Part shown: positions 36,655 through 46,939 of the stretch, in pieces
Layout: the number at the start of each line of letters is the position of its first letter
How positions within the stretch are numbered: position 1 is the first letter of the stretch
Source of the DNA: an uncultured Candidatus Saccharibacteria bacterium
GTDB lineage: Bacteria > Patescibacteriota > Minisyncoccia > Phycocordibacterales > JAACPR01
Length of the DNA: 64,000 bases
Reading direction: 5' to 3'
Assembly (NCBI GenBank): GCA_964630375.1
Contig: CAZVRT010000004.1
Coordinates: 8,651-72,650 of the forward strand
Notes under the pieces: model-generated
What the model saw: the letters and a program-made list of their open reading frames with translations, nothing else
Told to the model about the DNA's origin: nothing
The model's database searches: none
Program-made: the position numbers and the translations under genes

Positions 36655-39600
36655 ATGTATAAGAAACGAAATCAAAAAACATTTAATAAAATGACACTGA
36701 AAGTTGCTTCGCCAGAGCGAATCAAAGAGTGGTCATATGGAGAGGTTTTGAAACCTGAAACAATGAACTATCGTACTCAAAGATCTGAGAAGCATGGTCT
36801 ATTTGACGAGAAAATTTTTGGTCCGGACAAAGATTACGAATGTTACTGTGGAAAATACAAAGGTATTCGATACAAGGGAATTATTTGTGAAAAATGTGGA
36901 GTTGAACTAACAAGAAGTATTGTTCGACGAGAAAGAATGGGACATATCGAACTTGCGACACCTGTGTCACATATTTGGTTTTTAAGATCAATGCCATCAC
37001 GAATCGGTTTGGTTCTTGGAATGTCTATGGCAGAACTTGAGAAGGTTATTTACTTCGCAGGTTATCTTGTAACTGAAGTTCATGAAGATGAAAGAAGAAG
37101 ATTTTTGAAAGAACTTGAATCAGAATTTAAATCAAAAACAGCTTCTTCACAAGACAAAAAAACTAAAGATGCAATTAAAAATCTTTATACAGAAACAAAG
37201 AAAGACATTGATAGTTTGCGACCTGGAATGGTTTTGGACGAAGTTGCTTTCCATAAGTACTCAATGAAATATTCAACATTGTTTGAAGCAAAAATTGGTG
37301 CTGAAGCTGTATATGATATTTGTCGATCAATCGACATGGAAAAATTGTTGGCAAAGTTAAAAGAAGAAAGAACTACTGCTACAAGTCTTGCAAAGGATAA
37401 ATTGAACAGACGAATTAGTGTTGTGAATAATATGATCAACGCAAAAATTAGACCTGAATGGATGTTCCTAACAAGAATCCCAGTTATCCCTCCAGGACTT
37501 CGACCAATGGTTGCTCTTGAAGGAGGACGACAAGCTACATCAGATGTAAACGATTTGTATCGAAGAGTAATCAATAGAAATAATCGATTGAAAAAACTTT
37601 TGGATATTCACGCACCTGACGTTATTTTGAGAAATGAAAAAAGAATTTTGCAAGAAGCTGTTGATGCTTTAATTGATAACTCAATTAGACATGGAAACCA
37701 ACTTTTTGCAGGTGCTGCTCAAGCTCAAAAGCGACCTCTAAAATCAATTGCTGATAACCTAAAAAGTAAGAGAGGAATTTTCCGAAACAACTTGCTTGGT
37801 AAGCGAGTGGACTACTCAGGTCGTTCTGTAATTGTTGTTGGTCCGGAATTGAAACTAAATCAATGTGGTCTTCCAAAACACATGGCTCTTGAATTGTTCA
37901 AACCTTTCGTTATTTCTGGTTTGATTCAAAGAGAACTTGCTTTCAACATTCGAGGGGCAGGAAGATTGATTGATGAAGGTGTTCCAGAAGTTTGGGAAGT
38001 TCTTGAAGAAGTTATTAAAGGAAAATACATTCTTCTAAACCGAGCGCCAACTCTTCACCGACTTGGTATTCAAGCTTTCCAACCAATTCTAATTGAAGGT
38101 AATGCTATTCAAGTTCATCCGCTTGTATGTACAGCTTTCAACGCTGACTTCGACGGAGACCAAATGGCGGTTCACGTTCCGCTTTCAGAAGTTGCACAAT
38201 ACGAAGCTAGAGAAATTATGGCTTCTGACAAAAACATTCTAAAGCCTGGAAACGGAGATCCTATTATTGCTGCAAGACAAGATATTACTCTTGGAGTTTA
38301 CTGGATGACAAAAATCGTAGAAGGAGAAAAAGGTGAAGGAATGGTTTTTGCCGGACCTAACACAGCAATCCTTTCTCATGATTACGGTGCAGTAGATTTG
38401 CGAGCAAAAGTGAAAGTAAAAGGTAAGAAAGATACAAAACTTGCTGCTTATGAAGATTCAACAATTGAAACTTCTGTAGGACGATTGTTGTTCAACTCAA
38501 TTTTGCCGGAAGATTATCCATTTGTTAATGAGCACGTTGATAAAAACGTGATGTCACGAATCTTGGACGAAGTCGTTATCAAGTACGGTCCACAACGAGC
38601 TGTTGAATTGTTGGATGAAATCAAAAAGTTTGGTTTCACTTACACAACAAAAGCCGGAATTACTTTCGGTATCGATGACATTATTGTTCCAGAAGGAAAA
38701 TGGGATGTGATTGCAAAAGGACAAGAAGAAGTAAACAAAATTGTTGATCTATACAATGAAGGACTTCTTTCTGAAGAAGAAAAACTTCGAAAAGTTGTAG
38801 AAGTTTGGCACGGTGTAAAAAACAGTGTTGAAAAAATGATTCCTGAAGTTATGGATACACTTGGTTCTGTTTATGACATGTTCAAATCTGGAGCCAGAGG
38901 ATCTCTTTCACAAATTACACAAATGGCAGGTATGAAAGGTCTTATCCAAAACTCAAAAGGAGAAACTATTGAGTATCCTGTGCTTTCATCTTCTAAGGAA
39001 GGTTTGTCACCGATTGAATATTTCACCACAACTCACGGTTCTCGAAAAGGTCTTGCCGATACGGCTTTGAACACAGCGAAAGCTGGTTATCTAACTCGAA
39101 AATTGTTCTCAGTTGCTCAAGATGTGATTATTTCTGAAAAAGATTGTGGAACAAACAAGTTTATCGAAATAAAACAAAACAGCGATTCGGGAATTGATAT
39201 TCCACTTTCAAAGAAAATTCGAGGAAGAATTTTGGCGAAAGATATCGATGGATACAAAAAAGGTCATTTGATTACAAAAGCTGATGCTTTGGAGATCGAA
39301 AAAAAAGCACCGGAAATTGTTTCAGTTTACTCACCTTTGACTTGTGAATCTAGAAGAGGTGTTTGTGCAAAATGTTACGGACTTGATTTAGGAAAAGATA
39401 AATTGGTAGATATCGGAGAATCAGTTGGAACAGTTGCTGCTCAAGCGATTGGAGAACCAGGAACACAGTTGACTATGCGTACATTCCACGCCGGAGGTAC
39501 AGCGTCAGTTGGAGGAGACATCGTTGCAGGTTTGCCGCGAGTTGAAGAAGTGTTTGAAAGACGAAAGCCAAAGACACCCGCTGTTATTGCAAGAGTTTCT

Positions 39601-40293
39601 GGTACAATCAGCGATATTTTGGATCAAGGAAAAGAAAAAACAATTATCTTGATGCCAGACAACGGAACTGCGAAGAAAAGTAAAAAAGATACAGAGTATG
39701 TATTTTCATCAATCAGAACTCCGCTTGTAAAAGTTGGTGATCACGTTGAAAAAGGTGAAATGATTACAGATGGTTCTGCTGATTTGCAAGAATTATTTGA
39801 GTACGCAGGAAAAGAAAAAGCTCAAGACTACATCATTAGCCAAGTAAACAAGATTTACGAACTTCAAGGAGAAGCAGTTTCTCGAAAGCATATCGAAATT
39901 ATTATTCGACAAATGTTCTCTCGAATGAAAGTTGTTTCACCTGGTGATACAAAATTCTCAGAAGGAGAAATTGTTGAAACAGTTGCTTTTGAAGAAGAAA
40001 ATGAAAACTTTGAAAATAAAGCGGTTGCAAATCAATTGATTATGGGAATCACAGAAGTTTCTCTAACAAGAGACAGCTTCTTGTCAGCTGCTTCATTCCA
40101 ACACACACCAAGAATTTTGATTGCTGGTGCTGTGAGAGGTGCTGAAGACCGACTGGAAGGATTGAAAGAAAACGTTATTATCGGACGATTGATTCCAGCT
40201 GGAACAGGATTTGAAGGAAGTGAAAAGAATCTTGAAGCGAAAGCTATTGAAGAAGAAATCGAAGAGAAATTCGCAGATTCAAGAGAAGGGTAG
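36655..40293 (+). CDS. rpoC: DNA-directed RNA polymerase subunit beta' (start ambiguous: ATG at 36655 or 36691)
   Basis: Zn-finger CYCGKYKGIRYKGIICEKCGVE; catalytic NADFDGDQMAVH. The track ORF begins at 36589, overlapping rpoB; the ATG at 36655 lies 4 nt after the rpoB stop. Confidence 0.93.
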   Translation: MYKKRNQKTFNKMTLKVASPERIKEWSYGEVLKPETMNYRTQRSEKHGLFDEKIFGPDKDYECYCGKYKGIRYKGIICEKCGVELTRSIVRRERMGHIELATPVSHIWFLRSMPSRIGLVLGMSMAELEKVIYFAGYLVTEVHEDERRRFLKELESEFKSKTASSQDKKTKDAIKNLYTETKKDIDSLRPGMVLDEVAFHKYSMKYSTLFEAKIGAEAVYDICRSIDMEKLLAKLKEERTTATSLAKDKLNRRISVVNNMINAKIRPEWMFLTRIPVIPPGLRPMVALEGGRQATSDVNDLYRRVINRNNRLKKLLDIHAPDVILRNEKRILQEAVDALIDNSIRHGNQLFAGAAQAQKRPLKSIADNLKSKRGIFRNNLLGKRVDYSGRSVIVVGPELKLNQCGLPKHMALELFKPFVISGLIQRELAFNIRGAGRLIDEGVPEVWEVLEEVIKGKYILLNRAPTLHRLGIQAFQPILIEGNAIQVHPLVCTAFNADFDGDQMAVHVPLSEVAQYEAREIMASDKNILKPGNGDPIIAARQDITLGVYWMTKIVEGEKGEGMVFAGPNTAILSHDYGAVDLRAKVKVKGKKDTKLAAYEDSTIETSVGRLLFNSILPEDYPFVNEHVDKNVMSRILDEVVIKYGPQRAVELLDEIKKFGFTYTTKAGITFGIDDIIVPEGKWDVIAKGQEEVNKIVDLYNEGLLSEEEKLRKVVEVWHGVKNSVEKMIPEVMDTLGSVYDMFKSGARGSLSQITQMAGMKGLIQNSKGETIEYPVLSSSKEGLSPIEYFTTTHGSRKGLADTALNTAKAGYLTRKLFSVAQDVIISEKDCGTNKFIEIKQNSDSGIDIPLSKKIRGRILAKDIDGYKKGHLITKADALEIEKKAPEIVSVYSPLTCESRRGVCAKCYGLDLGKDKLVDIGESVGTVAAQAIGEPGTQLTMRTFHAGGTASVGGDIVAGLPRVEEVFERRKPKTPAVIARVSGTISDILDQGKEKTIILMPDNGTAKKSKKDTEYVFSSIRTPLVKVGDHVEKGEMITDGSADLQELFEYAGKEKAQDYIISQVNKIYELQGEAVSRKHIEIIIRQMFSRMKVVSPGDTKFSEGEIVETVAFEEENENFENKAVANQLIMGITEVSLTRDSFLSAASFQHTPRILIAGAVRGAEDRLEGLKENVIIGRLIPAGTGFEGSEKNLEAKAIEEEIEEKFADSREG

Positions 40294-40314
40294 TATAGTA
40301 CGGGAACAAACCGT

Positions 40315-42009
40315 ATGAATTCTGATGTTGAAAAAATAAAATCAAAGATAGATATTGTTGAATTGATATCTTCTTACATAAAGGTTGATAAGTCTGGAAA
40401 AAACTTCAAGGCTTGTTGCCCTTTTCACAACGAAAAAACACCGTCATTTTATATCTCACCGGACAGAGGAACATTCTATTGTTTCGGTTGTGGTAAAAAA
40501 GGCGATGTTTTTTCGTTTGTGGAGGAATTTGAAGGATTGGATTTTGTGGAAGCTTTAAAAATGTTAGCCGATAAAGCAGGGATAATTCTTTCAAATACTA
40601 GATCATCAACTAATCGAGATGAAAAAGAAAAAGGATTTCAAATTCTGGATGCGGCAACAGATTTTTTTGAATTAAATATTCAGAAAAACGAAGAAGTAAA
40701 AAATTATTTGAAAGAAAGAAGTGTTGCGGATGAGACTTTGAAAAAATGGAGATTAGGAAGTATTGGAAATAATTGGTCTGATCTGCATAATCATTTAAAA
40801 AAAGTTGGATTTGAAGACAGAGAAATCGAACAAGTTGGTTTGATAAAAAAAGGAGATAAAGGAAATTATTACGATCGTTTTCGAGAAAGATTAATGTTTC
40901 CGATATTTAACGCTTCCGGAAAGGTTATTGGATTTACAGGAAGGATTTTAGTTTCTGACAATAAGCAAGCGAAATATATAAATAGTCCGGAAACTCCTTT
41001 GTTTAACAAATCAAATGTTTTGTATGGTTTGAATTTTGCAAAAACTTCTATCAGAAAAAATAATTTCAGTATTTTGGTGGAAGGGCAATTTGATGTGATT
41101 ATGTCTCAGCAAATTGGGTATACAAACACTGTTGCAACTTCCGGAACTGCTTTGACCGATGACCAACTGACTCAACTTTCAAGACTTTCATCTCGACTTG
41201 TTATTGCGCTTGATGCAGATGGAGCAGGTTTCCGAGCTTCTGAAAAAGCTTGGCAATTGGCTCTGAATAAAGGTATGGATGTGAAAATTGCAAAGTTGCC
41301 ACCAGGAAAAGATCCAGCTGATTTAGTCAAAGAAAACCCTGACCTTTGGAAAAGAGCGATTCGTGAAGCAACTCATATAATTGATTGTTTGATAGAACAA
41401 GTTGATTTAAAAAAATTGGACGCGCGATCTTTGGCAATTGAAATTCACCATGTTTTGATTCCATATGTAAATAAATTGGAAAGTGCGATTGAGCAATCAC
41501 ATTTCATCGAAAAAATTTCTCGTAAATTTAACATTCATCAAGATGTTTTGTGGAGAGAAGTTTCTGAAGTAAAAAGCTCAGCAAATGAAATTGTTGTGAA
41601 TTCTAAAGAAAAAAAAGAAGAAATTAAATCAGTCAAAGAACAATTGTTTGGAATATTCTTTTGGCAGAAATCAAAACAGGAAAAAGATTTTTCAATAGAA
41701 AAATTGGAGGAAAAAATTATTGAAATTTTAGGAAAAGATGAATTGGAGTTGGCGGAAAGAAACCCAAATCTAGAATCAGTAATTTTTACAACAGAGTCAA
41801 TTTATTCTGATGAGAAAATTCTAAAACAAACTGTAAAAGAATTGTTGGCCAGAATCAAAAAGAATTCTTTGGAAGACAGAAGAGCTGAGATAAAGAAAGA
41901 ATTGGAATTTTCATCTGATAATTCAATTCATGAAGAATTGTTAAAAGAGTTGCAATATATTTCAAAAAATATAGAATCTTTACACACTGAAGATATGGAC
42001 ATATTTTAA
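40315..42009 (+). CDS. dnaG: DNA primase
   Basis: Zn-ribbon CPFHNEKTPSFYISPDRGTFYCFGCGKKGD; TOPRIM region. Confidence 0.9.
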   Translation: MNSDVEKIKSKIDIVELISSYIKVDKSGKNFKACCPFHNEKTPSFYISPDRGTFYCFGCGKKGDVFSFVEEFEGLDFVEALKMLADKAGIILSNTRSSTNRDEKEKGFQILDAATDFFELNIQKNEEVKNYLKERSVADETLKKWRLGSIGNNWSDLHNHLKKVGFEDREIEQVGLIKKGDKGNYYDRFRERLMFPIFNASGKVIGFTGRILVSDNKQAKYINSPETPLFNKSNVLYGLNFAKTSIRKNNFSILVEGQFDVIMSQQIGYTNTVATSGTALTDDQLTQLSRLSSRLVIALDADGAGFRASEKAWQLALNKGMDVKIAKLPPGKDPADLVKENPDLWKRAIREATHIIDCLIEQVDLKKLDARSLAIEIHHVLIPYVNKLESAIEQSHFIEKISRKFNIHQDVLWREVSEVKSSANEIVVNSKEKKEEIKSVKEQLFGIFFWQKSKQEKDFSIEKLEEKIIEILGKDELELAERNPNLESVIFTTESIYSDEKILKQTVKELLARIKKNSLEDRRAEIKKELEFSSDNSIHEELLKELQYISKNIESLHTEDMDIF

Positions 42010-42038
42010 GAGTATTGTAATATTAACGCTACCATTTT

Positions 42039-43316
42039 ATGGCAAAAAGTACTGCAAAAAAAGTACAAAAATCAATAAAGAAAAAAACAGTAAAATCTGT
42101 TAAAACAAATAAAACGAAAGTCGCTAAAAAAGAAACAAAGCGAAAGGTTGGTGTTGCCAAAAAGAACATAGCCACGAAGAAAACAAAAGTAGTTGCAAAG
42201 AAAACTACTAAACCTACAAAAAAAGTTTCTGAGAAAGTTGCAAAGCAATCTCAAGAAATGGAAAAAAAATTATCAAAACTTCTTACAAAAGGAAAAGAAA
42301 GAGGTTATGTTACTTATGATGAAATTTTGCGAGAGTTTCCAAACATTGAAACAGATGTTTTATTTTTGGATGAAATGTATGCAAGGTTCAATCAAATGGG
42401 AATTGACGTTCTTGAAGGAGGAGGGCTTTTGAGCATTGAACCAGATCCGGAATTAAATAAATATGCCGGAAAACAATCTTCTTCACAATACGATTCTATT
42501 CAAATTTATTTGAAAGAAATCGGACAATATCCTTTGATTCATGCTGCCGAAGAAAAAGAATTGGCAAAAAGAATTGAAAACGGAGATGATGAAGCGAGAA
42601 AACTTTTAGCTCGAGCAAACTTGAGATTGGTTGTTTCTATTGCCAAAAAATATGTGGGAAGAAGCCCTGATCTAACACTTTTGGATTTAATTCAAGAAGG
42701 AAACTTGGGATTATTTAAAGCTGTTGATAAATTCGATCAATCAAAAGGATTTAAATTTTCTACATACGCAACTTGGTGGATTCGTCAGGCTATCACAAGA
42801 GCGCTTGCTGATCAGTCTCGAACAATTCGTGTGCCTGTTCACATGGTTGAAACAATTGCAAAATACAAACAAATTCACAGAAGATTGAGCCAAGATTTGG
42901 GCCGAGATCCTATGCCGGAAGAGATTGCGGTAGAAATGGGAGTTGAAGTAGATAAAATTTATACTATCGAAAAAATTGACCAAAGTACTGTTAGTTTGGA
43001 AAATCCAATTGGTGATGATGGAGATGAAAAATCTACGTTAGGAGACTTTTTGGCTGATGATAAAATTTTATCTCCAGATCAAGAAGCTTCACGAAGAATT
43101 TTATCTGATCAAGTTCAAGAAATTTTGAATGATCTTTCTGAAAAAGAAAGAAGAATTTTGGAAATGCGACATGGTCTAAATGATGGTATTCAACATACTC
43201 TTGAAGAAGTAGGAAAGAAATTTGGTGTAACTCGAGAAAGAATTCGACAAATTGAAGCTAAAGCTCACGAAAAAATTCGACAACACGATAAGGCAAACCG
43301 TTTGAAGAATTATTAA
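42039..43316 (+). CDS. rpoD: RNA polymerase sigma factor RpoD (sigma-70) with a Lys-rich N-terminal region
   Basis: Conserved regions 2 to 4 (..[13 protein letters not shown].. ; ..[23 protein letters not shown]..). Confidence 0.92.
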   Translation: MAKSTAKKVQKSIKKKTVKSVKTNKTKVAKKETKRKVGVAKKNIATKKTKVVAKKTTKPTKKVSEKVAKQSQEMEKKLSKLLTKGKERGYVTYDEILREFPNIETDVLFLDEMYARFNQMGIDVLEGGGLLSIEPDPELNKYAGKQSSSQYDSIQIYLKEIGQYPLIHAAEEKELAKRIENGDDEARKLLARANLRLVVSIAKKYVGRSPDLTLLDLIQEGNLGLFKAVDKFDQSKGFKFSTYATWWIRQAITRALADQSRTIRVPVHMVETIAKYKQIHRRLSQDLGRDPMPEEIAVEMGVEVDKIYTIEKIDQSTVSLENPIGDDGDEKSTLGDFLADDKILSPDQEASRRILSDQVQEILNDLSEKERRILEMRHGLNDGIQHTLEEVGKKFGVTRERIRQIEAKAHEKIRQHDKANRLKNY

Positions 43317-43389
43317 TACACAGCTAAATATTTAATGTTTTTGTTGAAAACCCTCTTGCGGGGGGTACTCTTATACAATTAAGTACGAT

Positions 43390-45207
43390 ATGAAAAACAA
43401 AATCAAAAATAAAATCACCGCACTTATACTTTTACTTACCTTAACAATCCTTTCTTACTCACCTTTAATAATCAAACCTCAAACTGCAGAAGCAGCTGGG
43501 ACTTGGGTGTGGGAGGAGTTGACTGGGGCTGGACAAAGAAACTGGATGGGCATTACCTCATCAGATGATGGAATGAATCTGGCCGCTATTACTCAAAACG
43601 GATATATCTACACTTCGACAGATGGTGGTGATAATTGGGTTGAAAGGACTGGTGCTGGTTCAAGAGAGTGGATGGATATTGCTTCATCGGCTGATGGTTC
43701 TAAATTATTTGCTGTTCCACAATATGAACTGGTTATATGGATTTCAACTAACTTTGGTTTAACGTGGGACTCTGTGCTGCTTGATAATAATCCAGAGATA
43801 GAGTCTTTGGATCTTCAGTCTATCGCAGTTTCTGCTAATGGAGAAAAAATTGTAGTTATAAGTTCTGAGACTTATGGCGGAGGTTCGTATATTTCAAATA
43901 ACGCAGGTGAATCTTGGTCGGAAATAGAGGATTTTGATTACGATTATTTAGAACTTACTCCTTCAGTTTCTATGTCGTCAGACGGAATGAAAATAATAGC
44001 TGCTGCGCATCCTGATGGAGACTCTTCTAGTCATAGAGGGTATTTTATAACAACTAATGGTGGGGAGAGTTGGAATTATTCTGTGTCAAATGATCCGTAT
44101 CCGCACTATATACGAGCAAAATATTCAAAAGATGGTAATACGATATTGATGGCGGGACCAGAGGTTGGTTATGTTAGGGTGTCCGACAATAACGGAATCT
44201 CATGGAGAGATGTTGAAGGAGAAGTGTTTTGTGTGGAGGATGAGTGGGAGAATGAGACTTGTTATAATGATATAATTGGAGCTGATATTGCTTTATCATC
44301 AAATGCTCAAATACAAGTATTACTTTTGAACGAAGTCGGTCTTAGAGATGTACTAAATCCAGAACTGGATTTTTTAATTTCAACAGATGGAGGTCTGACT
44401 TTTTCAGCACATGAGACTGGATATCATTATCCTTATAATTCCAACATGTCTCAAAACATGATAACAATCTCTGCCCCCGGCACCACCATATACGCTGCAG
44501 AACCCTCAGGTCACATCTGGAAAGGAACATACATCCCCGAAACCTTCACCCTCTCCTTCAACACCCAAGGAGCATCTCCCATACCAGACATAACAGAAGA
44601 TGAAGGAACCTCTGTAACACTCCCACCCTCACCAACATACGAAGGATACACCTTCTTAAACTGGAACACACAAGCAGATGGTGAAGGAGACTCATACCAA
44701 CCAGGTGACTCATTCACACTAAACTCTGATACAACACTGTATGCTATATGGGAGGAAAACCCTATTGAAGAACAACCAGAAGAACAAACCCCCTCAGAAG
44801 AACCCTCACGTCGTTCTTCTTCACGTCGCTCAGTCCCTTCTAGCCTCCAAGCTAAAAACAACACCCTAAACTCTATTGTACTCCAATACAAAGACTCCCT
44901 AACAACACTACACACTCTAGGTATCATATCTCTCCCACAAAACATACTAGATATACTAAACATACAACCAACCAATACAACAAATACAACCTTCCTAAGA
45001 GACCTAACCCTAGGTGACACAGGTACAGATGTATCTACCTTGCAATCTATCCTAATATCTAAAGGATACTCTATACCAGCAGGACCAACAGGATACTTTG
45101 GTGAACAGACAAGACAAGCGGTGGCACAGTTCCAGAGAGACAACAACATTACACCTGCAGAGGGGTGGTTTGGGGTGGTGACTAGGGGGAAGATGAGGGG
45201 GTTTTAA
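43390..45207 (+). CDS. Secreted BNR-repeat (sialidase/Ycf48-like beta-propeller) protein with a Listeria-Bacteroides 'Flg_new' repeat domain and a C-terminal peptidoglycan-binding domain
   Basis: Signal peptide; BNR motifs STDGGDNW, TNGGESW, SDNNGISW, STDGGLTF; EGYTFLNWNTQADGEGDSYQPGDSFTLNSDTTLYAIWE; C-terminus TGTDVSTLQSILISKGYSIPAGPTGYFGEQTRQAVAQFQRDN. Confidence 0.6.
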   Translation: MKNKIKNKITALILLLTLTILSYSPLIIKPQTAEAAGTWVWEELTGAGQRNWMGITSSDDGMNLAAITQNGYIYTSTDGGDNWVERTGAGSREWMDIASSADGSKLFAVPQYELVIWISTNFGLTWDSVLLDNNPEIESLDLQSIAVSANGEKIVVISSETYGGGSYISNNAGESWSEIEDFDYDYLELTPSVSMSSDGMKIIAAAHPDGDSSSHRGYFITTNGGESWNYSVSNDPYPHYIRAKYSKDGNTILMAGPEVGYVRVSDNNGISWRDVEGEVFCVEDEWENETCYNDIIGADIALSSNAQIQVLLLNEVGLRDVLNPELDFLISTDGGLTFSAHETGYHYPYNSNMSQNMITISAPGTTIYAAEPSGHIWKGTYIPETFTLSFNTQGASPIPDITEDEGTSVTLPPSPTYEGYTFLNWNTQADGEGDSYQPGDSFTLNSDTTLYAIWEENPIEEQPEEQTPSEEPSRRSSSRRSVPSSLQAKNNTLNSIVLQYKDSLTTLHTLGIISLPQNILDILNIQPTNTTNTTFLRDLTLGDTGTDVSTLQSILISKGYSIPAGPTGYFGEQTRQAVAQFQRDNNITPAEGWFGVVTRGKMRGF

Positions 45208-45239
45208 ACTAGAAAATATGCTAAAATTAACCATAATTT

Positions 45240-46916
45240 ATGGTTAAAAGATTAATCTCATTATTTTCCAAAGAAATTTCAAACATTCACCAGGCAGCAT
45301 ATCTTATTGCTGCTTTTGCATTAATTTCCCAATTTTTAGGACTAATTCGAGATCGTCTATTAGCAGGAAAATTTGGTACAGGTATTGAACTTGATATTTA
45401 CTATTCTGCTTTTCGAATTCCAGATTTTATTTTCACAATGATAATTTCTCTGGTTTCTGCCGCTGTTCTTGTACCGTTTATTATCAAAGCGCTTGAGAAA
45501 GACGAAAATTATTTAAAGAAATTTTCAGATAGCATTTTCACAGGATTATTTTTTGTTTCTTTTATAATCGGAATAATAACTTTTTCTTTTGCGCCAAAAA
45601 TTTTAATAACAATTTTTCCAGAATATTTTAACTTGGGTTATGGAGAAACTTTAATTTTACTTACAAGAATTCTTTTATTCCAAACAATACTACTTTCTTT
45701 TTCTGGATTTTACATGAGTTACGTTCAAGTTTTTCAAAAGTTTTTGATTTATGCTTTGAGTCCGGTTTTGTACAACTTTGGAATTATTGTCGGAATTGTT
45801 TTCTTCTATGACAAAATTGGTGTTGCAGGGTTGGCTTGGGGAGTTGTTTTGGGAGCATTGCTTCATCTTATTGTTACGTTGCCGACAGTTTTTGCAAAAG
45901 GAATTATTCCAAAATTTGTTTGGAAACCAGATTGGAAAATTATCAAAGAAGTACTTTTACTTTCTTTACCAAGAACTGTTGCTTTGGCAGGAAATCAAAT
46001 CTCAATGTTGATTATGGTTACTTTAGCTGCTTTGATGAGCGCTGGTTCAGTTGCAATTTTCACATTTGCTTTTAACTTACAATCAATACCTCTTGCAATT
46101 ATTGGAGCGAGTTATTCGATGGCTGCTTTTCCAACATTGGCGAAACTTTTTGCAAAAGGAGAAACAAAAATTTTTACAGAATATGTTGTGAAAGCCGCGA
46201 GACACATTATTTTTTGGTCGATTCCGATTACGGTCTTGTTTATCGTTTTGCGGGCACAAGTTGTCAGAACTATTTTGGGAACAGGAAAATTTAGTTGGGA
46301 TGATACGAGACTTGTTGCAGCTTCTTTAGCATTGTTTGTTATCTCTGCGGTTGCTCAAAGTTTGATTCTGCTTTTCGTTCGAGGTTATTACTCAACAGGA
46401 GAAACTGTTAAGCCGTTGTTTTTCTCTTTAATTTCAATTGCGTTTACTGTCGCTTCAGTTTTTGGTTTGTTTTTCCTTTATGAAATTTCGCCGCAGTTTG
46501 TTATTTTTCTAGAAAATATGATGCGCGTTTCTAGTGGTCCAGGAAGTATGGTTTTGATTTTGCCAATTGCGTTTTCTTTGGGGCAAATATTAAATTTGAT
46601 TATGCTCTGGTCTTCTTTTGATAGAAAATTCTGTTGCTTCTCTGATATTTTGTGGCGATCAATTTTTCATACAACAGCCAGTTCGATTGTAATGGGATTT
46701 GTTACATATTATATGCTGAGAGTTTTCGATGATATTTTCAACATGTCGACAACTGCTGGAGTTTTTGCTCAAGGATTTTTCTCTGGAATTTTCGGAATCC
46801 TAGTTGGAATCTTGGTGCTGATAATTTTGGATAACCAAGAAATTAAAACAGTAGGAAAAACTCTTCATTCTCGATTCTGGAAAGCAAAAGTTGTGGTAGT
46901 GGAAGAAGAGGTTTAA
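45240..46916 (+). CDS. murJ: Lipid II flippase MurJ (MviN)
   Basis: ~14 TM segments; LIRDRLLAGKFGTGIELDIYYSAFRIPDF MurJ N-terminal signature. Confidence 0.85.
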   Translation: MVKRLISLFSKEISNIHQAAYLIAAFALISQFLGLIRDRLLAGKFGTGIELDIYYSAFRIPDFIFTMIISLVSAAVLVPFIIKALEKDENYLKKFSDSIFTGLFFVSFIIGIITFSFAPKILITIFPEYFNLGYGETLILLTRILLFQTILLSFSGFYMSYVQVFQKFLIYALSPVLYNFGIIVGIVFFYDKIGVAGLAWGVVLGALLHLIVTLPTVFAKGIIPKFVWKPDWKIIKEVLLLSLPRTVALAGNQISMLIMVTLAALMSAGSVAIFTFAFNLQSIPLAIIGASYSMAAFPTLAKLFAKGETKIFTEYVVKAARHIIFWSIPITVLFIVLRAQVVRTILGTGKFSWDDTRLVAASLALFVISAVAQSLILLFVRGYYSTGETVKPLFFSLISIAFTVASVFGLFFLYEISPQFVIFLENMMRVSSGPGSMVLILPIAFSLGQILNLIMLWSSFDRKFCCFSDILWRSIFHTTASSIVMGFVTYYMLRVFDDIFNMSTTAGVFAQGFFSGIFGILVGILVLIILDNQEIKTVGKTLHSRFWKAKVVVVEEEV

Positions 46917-46939
46917 TTCTGATACTATGCACTGCACTT

